IMG/VR virus record: IMGVR_UViG_3300027631_002331
Location: 25,480 to 89,479 of that record
From: a virus
Reading direction: 5' to 3' (one strand)
Length of the DNA stretch: 64,000 nt
How positions within the stretch are numbered: the first letter of the stretch is position 1; every line of letters starts with the position of its first letter. The translations under genes were made by a program, and so were the position numbers. The notes beneath the pieces are model-generated. The model saw nothing but the letters and a program-made list of their open reading frames with translations, made no database searches and was not told the DNA's origin. Positions 38,398 through 48,181 of the stretch are shown in pieces.

Positions 38398-38730
38398 ATG
38401 GCCAGTTTAACAAATAGACATATAAAAGATACCTACCAAGATCTTTTAACAACTGAAAATAATCTCCTACAAAGTGGTTTAGGAGACCCCGTAGAGGTTA
38501 GTATGAGTGGATCTTCGTTTATAAGTGCTTCAATATCAGGAGACGGCTTTAGTTTAGGGTCAGGGAGTGATAATACAGTTTTATCTTCATCATTTGCCCA
38601 AACAGCAGCTACTGCAATGGGTATTTCTAACATTCAAGATTTCTCAGATGACACAGCAGCAGCATCTGGTGGTATCCCAATAGGAGGAATATATAGAACT
38701 TTAGGTGATTTAAAGGTTAGAATAGCATAA
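38398..38730 (+). CDS. Small virion/fibre-associated protein with C-terminal DD.AAA.GG cap
   Basis: Late motif at 38363; IKDTYQDLL start; C-terminus shared with the 41608 and 43249 proteins. Confidence 0.6.
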   Translation: MASLTNRHIKDTYQDLLTTENNLLQSGLGDPVEVSMSGSSFISASISGDGFSLGSGSDNTVLSSSFAQTAATAMGISNIQDFSDDTAAASGGIPIGGIYRTLGDLKVRIA

Positions 38731-38749
38731 ATAACCTTATTGAAAAGTA

Positions 38750-38776
38750 AAAGCTCCCTATATGGGAGCTTTCTTT
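38750..38776 (+). terminator. Intrinsic terminator
   Basis: AAAGCTCCC-TATAT-GGGAGCTTT-CTTT. Confidence 0.82.
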
Positions 38777-38838
38777 ATATTACTCTACTAATCTTAGTGA
38801 TTAAACTAAGAAATAACATATTTATAACAAAATAATAA

Positions 38839-39321
38839 ATGGGTAGGTTAATTTCAAATTTAGACGAAAGAGTAATACTAGACGATGGTAAATCCTCTAT
38901 TACATCCCACACAACAACTATCGAAGATGTAGGTCAGTTTACAAGGAGATTAGACACCATTTCTACTAACTTTTCGGGTAGTGGTATAGAGATTTTAAAG
39001 TTTGTAGATTCTGAAGAAGAATCATTAGCTGGATCTTTTGTTAAAGGTGATGTAAGATATATTCGAATTTCAAACCTCACACCTTGTAACGTAGATTTAT
39101 ATTTTATAAAATCAAATGAGGAATCAACTATCTTTAATTTAGATGGTGAAAAAACATTTATGTTAGGTAATGGTAAGTTTAATGCTTCATCAGTATCTGA
39201 TTATGTAGTAGAGGGTTATGTTGACCCTACGTATTATGGAGACTTAATAGGAATAGACACAATAAAAGCGAAGGCTTATCCTTCATCATCATTATTAGAA
39301 ATAGTAGTAGCATCTAAATAA
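38839..39321 (+). CDS. Probable structural protein
   Basis: Late motif at 38819; VRYIRISNL, LLEIVVAS. Confidence 0.55.
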   Translation: MGRLISNLDERVILDDGKSSITSHTTTIEDVGQFTRRLDTISTNFSGSGIEILKFVDSEEESLAGSFVKGDVRYIRISNLTPCNVDLYFIKSNEESTIFNLDGEKTFMLGNGKFNASSVSDYVVEGYVDPTYYGDLIGIDTIKAKAYPSSSLLEIVVASK

Positions 39322-39327
39322 AAACAA

Positions 39328-39717
39328 ATGGCATTAACTTACAGATCAATAAAAGGCTCAGCCCTAACAAACTTAGAACTAGATAATAACTTTAGACACT
39401 TTACAGGATCACACTCAGTAACAGGATCAATGGCTGTTACAGGTGATATAAGTGCTACCACTGGAAGTATTACTGGTGATTTAATCGTATCAGGTGGTTT
39501 AACCACGACAAACGATTTAGATGTATCAGGTAGTATTAAAACAACATCCGACATTACAACTGCTGGATCATTAACAGCAGTAACAGGTATAATAGCTTCA
39601 GGTAGTATAAATCTTAGTGGTTTACCCGTATCAGAATCACTAGCTTCAATAGGTGGGGTTTGGTTGTCAGGATCAACAGGAGTAAGTTCAAAGTATTTAG
39701 TAGTAAGAACAGCATAA
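39328..39717 (+). CDS. Fibre-like structural protein
   Basis: MALTYRSIKGSALTNLELDNNF N-terminal anchor-like motif; TGS/SGS beta-helix-like repeats. Confidence 0.65.
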   Translation: MALTYRSIKGSALTNLELDNNFRHFTGSHSVTGSMAVTGDISATTGSITGDLIVSGGLTTTNDLDVSGSIKTTSDITTAGSLTAVTGIIASGSINLSGLPVSESLASIGGVWLSGSTGVSSKYLVVRTA

Positions 39718-39746
39718 TATAACATTGATAAAATAAGACCCACTGA

Positions 39747-40016
39747 ATGAAAATACATCAACCCATACTGATAGGTAGTAGTCAAACTTCTGCCTCCCTA
39801 GACTCAGAAGGAGTAATATCTTCCTCAGCTGTATTGATCCAAACTTCAATTCCATCAACTGATGATTTACTTTTGGTAAAAGGGTCAGTGAATGAGGGAG
39901 AGGTAGCAATCACAGAAAAAGGAACTCTACAACTAAAATGGAGTGGAAGCTCTTTCCCACCAGCAGTTGAAGGGGGAATATTTTACACTGCTTCGCAGTT
40001 TTATTTTGGAACATAA
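39747..40016 (+). CDS. Small structural protein
   Basis: MKIHQP.L.GS start, PPAVEGGIFY end; inside the fibre cluster. Confidence 0.55.
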   Translation: MKIHQPILIGSSQTSASLDSEGVISSSAVLIQTSIPSTDDLLLVKGSVNEGEVAITEKGTLQLKWSGSSFPPAVEGGIFYTASQFYFGT

Positions 40017-40088
40017 TATTTATACACAAATAACAAGAATAACAAGAATAATTAATTAATAACAGTTTAACACAAACAAACAAGACAC

Positions 40089-41216
40089 ATGGCATCCTGG
40101 AAAAAAATCATAACTGAGGCAGAATTAACTACGGTTTCCGCTTCCTTAACGGTAACGGATCAATCAATTAGTTCATCTGTAGCGGCCCTAAGTGGTTCGG
40201 CTTCAGATGCTAGAAATTTATTAGTTGGAGATAATTCAGCTTTAAGCGCTTCTTTAACTGTAACAGATCAAGCGATTAGCTCATCTGTAGCAACACTAAG
40301 TGGATCAGCATCAGACGCAAGAGACTTATTAGTAACAAAAATTAGTGGATCATCAGTAGCTCCAATTGCTGCTTTAAGTTCATCTTTAACATCAACTGAC
40401 CAAGTAATAAGCTCTTCAGTAGCAGCTTTAAGTGGATCAGCTTCAGATGCTAGAAATCTAATAGTTACTGACAATACAGCTTTAAGTGCTTCCCTAACGG
40501 TAACGGATCAATCAATTAGTTCATCTGTAGCATCCCTAAGTGGATCAGCATCAGACTCTAGAGATTTATTAGTAACAAAAATTAGTGGATCTTCTACAGC
40601 AGCAATCTCAGCATTAAGTGCTTCACTAACAGTAACTGACCAAGCAATAAGTTCATCAGTAGCGGGATTAAGTGGATCAGCATCAGATGCTAGAAACCTA
40701 TTAGTATCTCAAATAGCTGATACTACTACTTTAACTTTCTCTTCTAATGTACAAGGTGAGTTTGAAGCTGATTTTAATGGTGTAACAGAAACTGTTATTC
40801 TTGCTGATTTATCGGCAACATCTGACCCAACTTTTAACGATTTAAAAGTTGATGGATCAGCTACAGTAGAAGGAGATTTAACTGTTAAAGGAACAACTAC
40901 ATCAGTTCAAACAACTAACCTATTAGTTGAAGATAAGTTTGCGTTATTTGCAAGTGGTTCAGAGGTACAAACAGATGGTGGTATTATAATCCAAGCAGCA
41001 CCTGACGGATCAGGTAAAGCATTAGGATATTCTCAAGCAAATAGTAGATGGTCATTACAATCATCATTATCTCATGATGCGACAACGTTTAGTTCAGTAG
41101 ATGCTTTCCTAGGTACAGTAGAAACATCAACAGTTGTACCATCATCAGCACCAATATATGGTTTAGGTACTATGCACATTAAAACTGATACAGAAGATAT
41201 TTATATTTACTCATAA
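40089..41216 (+). CDS. Tail-fibre-like protein with Ser-rich coiled repeats
   Basis: MASWKK start; five SASLTVTDQ.ISSSVA.LSGSASD.R repeats; GDLTVKGTTTSV.TTNL.VEDK fibre motif. Confidence 0.75.
   Translation: MASWKKIITEAELTTVSASLTVTDQSISSSVAALSGSASDARNLLVGDNSALSASLTVTDQAISSSVATLSGSASDARDLLVTKISGSSVAPIAALSSSLTSTDQVISSSVAALSGSASDARNLIVTDNTALSASLTVTDQSISSSVASLSGSASDSRDLLVTKISGSSTAAISALSASLTVTDQAISSSVAGLSGSASDARNLLVSQIADTTTLTFSSNVQGEFEADFNGVTETVILADLSATSDPTFNDLKVDGSATVEGDLTVKGTTTSVQTTNLLVEDKFALFASGSEVQTDGGIIIQAAPDGSGKALGYSQANSRWSLQSSLSHDATTFSSVDAFLGTVETSTVVPSSAPIYGLGTMHIKTDTEDIYIYS
40134..40705 (+). repeat. Tandem ~99/120-nt repeats encoding SASLTVTDQxISSSVAxLSGSASDxR (5 copies)
   Basis: Direct repeats visible in DNA and protein; further copies at ~41725-41800 and ~41910-41995. 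Confidence 0.9.
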
Positions 41217-41233
41217 TAGAAGTTAAATAAGTT

Positions 41234-41407
41234 ATGGGATTAGTAAAACAAATGGAAACCCCAATAGGGGTTTCCAAAAGTAAGTTGGATAAAGTAGAGA
41301 TTGGTATTATATTAACACTTATAAAACAATCCACCTTTAAAGGGGAGGATTTAGAAAAAGTATATAATATGGTAATAAAACTACAAAACCAACTAAAGAA
41401 TGTATAA
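41234..41407 (+). CDS. Small protein (57 aa, not in ORF track), possible fibre chaperone
   Basis: MGLVKQMETPIG...TFKGEDLEKVYNMVIKLQNQLKNV*. Confidence 0.6.
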   Translation: MGLVKQMETPIGVSKSKLDKVEIGIILTLIKQSTFKGEDLEKVYNMVIKLQNQLKNV

Positions 41408-41543
41408 TCTCGATTTAACTGAGCAAGAAATGGCTGTAATAGCTAAAGCTGTTATGAATTTAAATATAAAAGGAAAAGATGCTATGTTAGTAGCTAGTGT
41501 ATTATCTAAACTACAAACCCAAGCATCCAATATAAGTAAATAA
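41400..41543 (+). CDS. Small protein (47 aa, not in ORF track), paralog of the previous ORF
   Basis: MYNLDLTEQEMAVIAKAVMNLNIKGKDAMLVASVLSKLQTQASNISK*; shares KGxD...V..KLQ.Q. Confidence 0.6.
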   Translation: MYNLDLTEQEMAVIAKAVMNLNIKGKDAMLVASVLSKLQTQASNISK

Positions 41544-41607
41544 AAATGTATTACGGCCCCAATAGGGGAAGTGGGCAATATTGTAACCAACCTAATATAA
41601 AAGTAAA

Positions 41608-43230
41608 ATGCCAAATTGGAAAAAAGTAATAATAAGTGGATCCAATATATCCCAATTAACAAATGATTCGGGTTATGTATTGGCTGACCAAGTTAGTGGT
41701 TCATCTACTCTTCCCATATCTAACTTAAGTGCTTCACTTACAACAACTGATCAAATAATAAGCTCATCAGTAGCAGCATTAAGTGGATCAGCATCAACTA
41801 GAAGAGATGTGATGTATTCTCAGCTAGAGTTTATGAACGTTAGCTTAAGTGGGTCATCATCAGCATCTAGAAATACTTTATCAAGACAAGTTAGTGGATC
41901 ATTTACAGAAGTAAGTGCATCGTTAACAACTACTGATCAAATAATAAGCGCTTCAGTAGCAGCTTTAAGTGGATCAGCATCAGATGCTAGAAATGCATTA
42001 ACAACAATATCAGCTTCATATGCTTTAACAGCATCATACTCCCATACAGCATCATATGCTGCAATTTCCCAACACTCTATAACTACAAATGAAATAGTAG
42101 TAAATGTTAAGAATACATCAGGTGGTAGTATAGCTAAGGGAGTACCTGTATATGCTACTGGGGTTACAGGAGATAATATTAATATAGCTATAGCCTCTAA
42201 TCTCTCTTCAAATACTATGCCTGCAATTGGTGTACTTGGAGAAACACTAGGAACCAATGCCTCAGGAACAGCAGTTGTAAGTGGTAAAATAATAGGAGTA
42301 GATACAGCAGGATTTACAGCAGGTCAAAACATATATGTAAATTCTAATGGAGATTTTACACAAACTAAACCAACAGGTAGTAGTTTTATCCAAAATATTG
42401 GAGTTGTAGGTAAAGTAAATGCAACTGAAGGAGAAATACTTATACAAGGTTCAGGTAGATCAAATGATTTACCCAATCTAGAATCAGGATATATTTGGGT
42501 TGGAGATGGAGATGGAGTACCTACAGCTGTTTTAACTTCTTCAATATCAGCTTCATATGCTTTAACAGCATCATACGCTATATCATCATCACATGAAATT
42601 ACTCATGAAGTAAGCTCATCATACGCTCAAACAGCTACATCAGCATCATACGCTTTAACAGCATCATATGCTTTGAATGGTGGTGGGGGTAGTGGATTTC
42701 CTGCGGAATATGTAACATCAAATACTACTGCTGAAAAAAATAAAACATATGTCTTTGAAACATCAACAGCATATACATTAACCTTACCTTCTACCCCAAC
42801 AGATGGGGATTCAATTCAAATTTCTAATAGATCTAATATAGGAACTAACGTATTAGGTAGGAATGGAGAGTTGATAATGGGTAGTGCAAATGATTTAACT
42901 TTAGATTTAGCAACAGCATCATTTATATTAACATATGCTGGAGGAAATCAAGGATGGGTTATAATAGGAGCAGGTGGTGGAGCTACCACAGGAAGTGCGG
43001 AATCAGTTTGGTATAATGGAGGAACATTTTTATCCTCATCGGTAGATGTTAGAATAACTGGTAGTTTAAGTATGGTTGGAAGTGAAGCTAACTTTGAAAC
43101 ACTGCAAATAGTATTACCTGAAATATCCCAAAGTGGTAACTTTGCTGATGATACAGCTGCAGCCATAGGGGGTATAGCATTAGGTGGATTATATAGAAAT
43201 GGTAACCTTATAGCAATAAGACTTTCATAA
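41608..43230 (+). CDS. Tail-fibre/virion appendage protein
   Basis: MPNWKKVIISGS start; SASYALTASY repeats; VKNTSG..IAKG.PVY domain; TLTLP..P..GD.I domain; C-terminal cap. Confidence 0.75.
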   Translation: MPNWKKVIISGSNISQLTNDSGYVLADQVSGSSTLPISNLSASLTTTDQIISSSVAALSGSASTRRDVMYSQLEFMNVSLSGSSSASRNTLSRQVSGSFTEVSASLTTTDQIISASVAALSGSASDARNALTTISASYALTASYSHTASYAAISQHSITTNEIVVNVKNTSGGSIAKGVPVYATGVTGDNINIAIASNLSSNTMPAIGVLGETLGTNASGTAVVSGKIIGVDTAGFTAGQNIYVNSNGDFTQTKPTGSSFIQNIGVVGKVNATEGEILIQGSGRSNDLPNLESGYIWVGDGDGVPTAVLTSSISASYALTASYAISSSHEITHEVSSSYAQTATSASYALTASYALNGGGGSGFPAEYVTSNTTAEKNKTYVFETSTAYTLTLPSTPTDGDSIQISNRSNIGTNVLGRNGELIMGSANDLTLDLATASFILTYAGGNQGWVIIGAGGGATTGSAESVWYNGGTFLSSSVDVRITGSLSMVGSEANFETLQIVLPEISQSGNFADDTAAAIGGIALGGLYRNGNLIAIRLS

Positions 43231-43248
43231 ACAACAATAAAATAAGAT

Positions 43249-45591
43249 ATGGCAATACAAGTAACAGGATCAATGGATATCTCCGGCAGTATTTCAGGAT
43301 CAATGAGTGGTTCATTTCAGGGAGATGGATCTAAATTAACTGGTGTACCTGTAGGTTTCCCATATTCTGGATCAGCAGAAATAACAGGTAGTTTTGTAGT
43401 ATCTGGTTCTTTGGGAATAACAGGTAGTTTTGTAGCTACTGGTTCTATCGTTTCAACAGGTAGTATTCAATCAACAGGTAGTGTAGAATTTTCTTTTTCA
43501 AACAAATTGGGTGCTTGGTCAACAGCTCCTGGTTTAAATGTAGATAGATCTCGGTTAGGAGGGGCTGGAAATGATGTGAATGCTGCTTTAGCATTTGGTG
43601 GTCAATCTTATGGTACTTGTACAGAAGAATATAATGGTACAACATGGTCACCAAGTGCTGCATTACAAAATGCAGGATATGATATACCAGGAGCAGGAAC
43701 TCAAACAGCAGCATTAGCAGTTGGTGGTTCCTACAGAGGGGGTTGCACAGAAGAATATAATGGTGCAACATGGTCACCAGGAGGTGCCTTAAGTGACACA
43801 TCATATGGTAGATCAGCAGCAGGAACCCAAAACGCAGGATTAGCAACTGGTGGGTATAGTGGTGCTAATACTTGCACAGAAGAATATAATGGTGCTTCTT
43901 GGGCATCAGGTGGCGCTTTACAAATTGGAGTTTTTAATTCGGTATCAGTAGGAACTCAAAATGCTGCTTTAGCATTTGGTGGTTATAGTTATATTCAACA
44001 AGACAATACTAATGCTACACAACAATATAATGGCTCAACTTGGTCCATAGCATCTTCATTAAACCATGCAACTACAGAACACGCTGGTGCTGGAACAGAA
44101 ACCTCAGCACTATCATTTGGTGGTTATGCAGCTTATACAGAAGAATATGATGGTACATCATGGTCAATGGGTGGTAATTTATCAAATAATAGATCCAATG
44201 CTGGAGGAGCAGGAGGTAGTAAATCATCAGCTTTAGCATTTGGTGGTTCTCCACTTACTTCAACATCTGAAGAATACGCACCAGGAAATACAATTACAAA
44301 AACTTTTGATTATGATGAAAACACTGGACTTACAGACATAACAGATTTAAAAGCACATAACCTAACCTTTAGTGGTACTCTTACAACTAGTGGTTCAGAT
44401 GCCCGAATTCTATTAGATAGCCCCCAAACCCCAATTAATACATGGCGCACTTCTGGAAATACAATATTAGAAAGAGTCAATGGTGTTAGTGGGATGAATG
44501 CGCCTGGTGATGTATTATCAATAGGTGGAACAGATCCAGATAATGAAGTTTTGGGTTCTACAACAACTCGTATGGTAGAGAAATTTGAAAATTTTACTGA
44601 AGTATGGTCAGGAGCTAATTATACTAATATTCAAAGATATAATTCTTCTGCTGATAGTTGTTTAATAGTTGGTGGGTGCAATGATACTTACAATATTTGT
44701 TCTGAGATTTTAGATTATTTTAATGGCCCCCAGTTTGGATTTGATACTATTTGGACAACAACAACAGCACCTACCACAGGGAGAAGTAATTTAGCCCAAG
44801 GAAATGATGTTATTTTTGGAGGGTTTGATGGTACTGCAGTAGTAAATTGTACTGAAGAATATGATCCCAACACTAACACATGGTCAACATGTACTGGTAT
44901 GAGTTTAGGTAGATCGGGTCTATCGGGAAATCAACATGGTTCCGTATTAGCAACTGGTGGAAGTGATGGAAGTTCTATAACAAACTGCACAGAAATGTAT
45001 AATGGTGGTGTGTGGACAACATGTGCTGGTATGGGTACCTCAAAATCAAACCATGCTGCAGCTGCAGTCGGTTCTAACAATAACACTTTGGCATTTGGTG
45101 GTTATGGTTCTTACAATGCTTGCTCTGAACAATTTGATCCTACCTCAAACACATGGGCTAATAGAGGTGGTTTGTTAGCATACAGTCAATGCACCAATGG
45201 TAATGCATTTAGCCCCCAGGGAGGGGAAAAAACACCTATGTCATTCTCCAGCTGCGATAACAGATCATTTATATACAACTGGAAGACCATTTACAATCCA
45301 GATTGTGCTTTAGAATATAACTCTACAGGTTCTGACTCTCCAAACCTAATAGCTAAGGGGATTTTTGAAGGTGAGTTTAAAGGTTGTTTTAATGGCCAAG
45401 CATGCTCAGCATTACAATCAGGATTTGCTTCAATAGCAAATACAGCAGCTACTGCATCATATGTAGACTCAGATGCTGTTGATTTTAGTACCCTTAATAA
45501 TTATGCTGATGATGCATCAGCAGCAGCAGGAGGTGTTCCAATCGGGTCATTATATAGAAATGGAAACTTCATAGTAATAAGACTTACATAA
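43249..45591 (+). CDS. Fibre protein with Kelch-like beta-propeller repeats
   Basis: SGSFQGDGS.LTG N-terminal motif; many ALAFGG...CTEEYNG..WS repeats; C-terminal cap. Confidence 0.8.
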   Translation: MAIQVTGSMDISGSISGSMSGSFQGDGSKLTGVPVGFPYSGSAEITGSFVVSGSLGITGSFVATGSIVSTGSIQSTGSVEFSFSNKLGAWSTAPGLNVDRSRLGGAGNDVNAALAFGGQSYGTCTEEYNGTTWSPSAALQNAGYDIPGAGTQTAALAVGGSYRGGCTEEYNGATWSPGGALSDTSYGRSAAGTQNAGLATGGYSGANTCTEEYNGASWASGGALQIGVFNSVSVGTQNAALAFGGYSYIQQDNTNATQQYNGSTWSIASSLNHATTEHAGAGTETSALSFGGYAAYTEEYDGTSWSMGGNLSNNRSNAGGAGGSKSSALAFGGSPLTSTSEEYAPGNTITKTFDYDENTGLTDITDLKAHNLTFSGTLTTSGSDARILLDSPQTPINTWRTSGNTILERVNGVSGMNAPGDVLSIGGTDPDNEVLGSTTTRMVEKFENFTEVWSGANYTNIQRYNSSADSCLIVGGCNDTYNICSEILDYFNGPQFGFDTIWTTTTAPTTGRSNLAQGNDVIFGGFDGTAVVNCTEEYDPNTNTWSTCTGMSLGRSGLSGNQHGSVLATGGSDGSSITNCTEMYNGGVWTTCAGMGTSKSNHAAAAVGSNNNTLAFGGYGSYNACSEQFDPTSNTWANRGGLLAYSQCTNGNAFSPQGGEKTPMSFSSCDNRSFIYNWKTIYNPDCALEYNSTGSDSPNLIAKGIFEGEFKGCFNGQACSALQSGFASIANTAATASYVDSDAVDFSTLNNYADDASAAAGGVPIGSLYRNGNFIVIRLT

Positions 45592-45605
45592 AATAAAAAT
45601 AAGAT

Positions 45606-47333
45606 ATGGCATTACATTTAACAGGCTCAATACACATTTCAGGATCAATGAGTGGTTCGTTTCAAGGCGATGGATCTCAATTAACAGGTATCGCTGGAGG
45701 TACAAATCCAACCACAGGTAGCATGCCATTAAATATTAGTGGCGCATTTGTAGATTCACCAATAACAGCTCAAAACGCAGGTTTTACCCCTAATGCCAAC
45801 AATGGAGTAACATATACAGAAGTTACACCTAATAATATATTTGTTAGTACAGGGAATATTTGTATATCAGACAGATTCGTAGGTATTTCCCCTTCATTTG
45901 GGACTGTTTTTGAAGCTGCCAGTTTAGGAGGGTCTGGATTTGAAATAATAGCTGTAAATGATAATGGTACAATATCATCAGATATTCAAAATAATTATAA
46001 CGGTGGTAGCCTACTCGGCTCTTCATTATCTAGCATAACAACACCCTTCCCAGTAACATACACAGATGGTGATGGTGATACTCTTACTGTAACAATTTCT
46101 ACCGCAGCTGATAATGCGGGTGTTGTCTATATGGGAGGTACTGGAACTAATGGTGTATTCCAACCATCTGATTTTATAGATGGAAATGGGAGTTACAATG
46201 AAGGTGGTGGAGTAACTTCTCCAACAACTTTAGCTTTTGGAGGAGTAAATGCAGAAGCCGGAACTACAATTTCTTCACCCTTAACAGTAACCCAAAACTT
46301 ATCTATTGGGGGAACAATTGGAGGAGCAGGAGAATCAACTATTACATTAACCACATCAGAAATTAGTCAAATTCAAGGTGCTTCCGGGGTAGTAAATTCT
46401 AAGGGAAATGTGACTTATATTACCTTTAATGTCGCTAATGCAACCAACTTAGTAGATAACCAAACATATTCTGCTGTAACATTAGGATCTTCTACAACTT
46501 TCCCAAGTAATGATCCCTCTACTTATACAAGAGAGTGGACATACTTAGCAGAAGGTAATGCTGATCTAAACTTAGGTTTAGGAAATTCAATTCTATATAT
46601 TGACAACCCAACCTTCCTTGTTATTTATGATGATACTGGAAATAGAGCTCTCAGTGATTACAACAACCCAGCAGGACTAGGTCAATTAGATGTAGCTACA
46701 GCAGTAGGATCTGGTGGTGCTTTGACTACTGTAGGTGATATAACAGTAACAGGAAATATAACAGGTAAAAGTAATATAATTTTAACAGGTGGAGATAATG
46801 TTTCTTTACCAACCATTAATTATTCTCAAGTAGGTAGTGGATTTGAATCCGACATACTAAGTAATGGAGGTGCTACAACAGATGTAGTATACCTTACCTT
46901 TAACACTGGATCAGGAGTAGGTCTAGTGGATGGTCAAACTTATAGTTTTCTAATTTATGATGATGGAATTTCAAAAACATTTACAACAGATTGGATTTAT
47001 ATAGATGAAAATAACTCCGATAGGTCATTCCCTGTAGGTGAATCACGTTTATACGCTTACGAAAGTGGGAATACATACTACGATGATAGTAACAGCTCCC
47101 AATTTACAACACTAGCTGCACCAAACTCATACGAAGCATCCCCACAATCTGGGAATGCCACTATAGGTAACGCCAATATAGATGGTGTTATATCTAAAAA
47201 TGAAACTGCTTCAGCTAGATACTATATAGAAGACACAGGAGCTTTACCTAATGCAGAAGGTGCATTTAAATTTAAGATAGCGGATAATGGAGATCTAGGT
47301 ACAGCTGGGTATATTACTTTTGTAAGAGAATAA
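45606..47333 (+). CDS. Fibre / putative receptor-binding protein
   Basis: N-terminus shared with 43249 (TGS..ISGSMSGSFQGDGS.LTG); G/S/T/N-rich; internal duplication Y.TFN......LVD.QTYS...W.Y. Confidence 0.7.
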   Translation: MALHLTGSIHISGSMSGSFQGDGSQLTGIAGGTNPTTGSMPLNISGAFVDSPITAQNAGFTPNANNGVTYTEVTPNNIFVSTGNICISDRFVGISPSFGTVFEAASLGGSGFEIIAVNDNGTISSDIQNNYNGGSLLGSSLSSITTPFPVTYTDGDGDTLTVTISTAADNAGVVYMGGTGTNGVFQPSDFIDGNGSYNEGGGVTSPTTLAFGGVNAEAGTTISSPLTVTQNLSIGGTIGGAGESTITLTTSEISQIQGASGVVNSKGNVTYITFNVANATNLVDNQTYSAVTLGSSTTFPSNDPSTYTREWTYLAEGNADLNLGLGNSILYIDNPTFLVIYDDTGNRALSDYNNPAGLGQLDVATAVGSGGALTTVGDITVTGNITGKSNIILTGGDNVSLPTINYSQVGSGFESDILSNGGATTDVVYLTFNTGSGVGLVDGQTYSFLIYDDGISKTFTTDWIYIDENNSDRSFPVGESRLYAYESGNTYYDDSNSSQFTTLAAPNSYEASPQSGNATIGNANIDGVISKNETASARYYIEDTGALPNAEGAFKFKIADNGDLGTAGYITFVRE

Positions 47334-47334
47334 T

Positions 47335-47841
47335 ATGGGGATATTTGTAAATACAGGAGGTATTGGTGAAGTTTATGCAGGTAGTGAATCTATAGGTGAA
47401 ATCTACGCTGGAACTGAATTAGTTTGGCAGAAATCAGCCGCAGTTTCATTAGCGGGTACAATAGGCCAAAATCCCTCCTCAGGGTTAAGTATAGTAGGCT
47501 GGGGGATTCCAGCAGGAGCTCCCAATAATATAGTAGTACTTGACAATTCTTTCCCTAACCCTGCAGTTTTCACTGGAGATGTATTCCCTTCAACACTAAC
47601 AACAGTTTCTACCATAGAGATTATAGGTAGAACATCTAGGAATAGTGTTACTTTCACTAATGGGGTTGGTGGATTCCAAGGGATAATTGATACAGATCCT
47701 TCAAATCAAGGTAGCAAATTTGGGTTATATTTTGCTACTGGAACAGATGCGGGTGCAGGAATTAATACACTAAATTCTACATTTGGGTCTGGATTTCTCA
47801 TAAATAGTTCAGAAGTCCCATTTGAATGGGTAACTACATAA
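47335..47841 (+). CDS. Fibre-associated protein
   Basis: IGEVYAG...IGEIYAGTELVW N-terminal motif typical of fibre-tip adaptors. Confidence 0.6.
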   Translation: MGIFVNTGGIGEVYAGSESIGEIYAGTELVWQKSAAVSLAGTIGQNPSSGLSIVGWGIPAGAPNNIVVLDNSFPNPAVFTGDVFPSTLTTVSTIEIIGRTSRNSVTFTNGVGGFQGIIDTDPSNQGSKFGLYFATGTDAGAGINTLNSTFGSGFLINSSEVPFEWVTT

Positions 47842-47860
47842 CAATAAAATAATTTAAATC

Positions 47861-48118
47861 ATGGCATTAAAATATTACACAGCAACTAATACAGGAAAAG
47901 GATTCATTACTCATAATGATAATGAATCTGCTCATATTGCTGGACACCCAGCAGACATTTGGACTACTGAAAATACTACTTGGGCTACTAGAGTAGGCGC
48001 TACTGAAAAAACATTTGCTGAAGCACAAGCATTAGTATCTGCATCTCTAGATGGTAAATTCTACAAACAAGGTCAAAATAGTGGATCAGCTAAAACCTAC
48101 TCTCTTCCTACAATATAA
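47861..48118 (+). CDS. Small hypothetical protein
   Basis: 85 aa ORF with A-rich leader. Confidence 0.6.
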   Translation: MALKYYTATNTGKGFITHNDNESAHIAGHPADIWTTENTTWATRVGATEKTFAEAQALVSASLDGKFYKQGQNSGSAKTYSLPTI

Positions 48119-48181
48119 ATTGGAGTAGTCAAAATAATATCGTATATTAATACTATATTAAAGTTATAATAATAAGTTTTT

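Noticed and set aside
40134-40705. Regular direct repeats as a possible CRISPR array
   Set aside because: Repeats are in-frame, degenerate at third codon positions and lack unique spacers; they are protein repeats.
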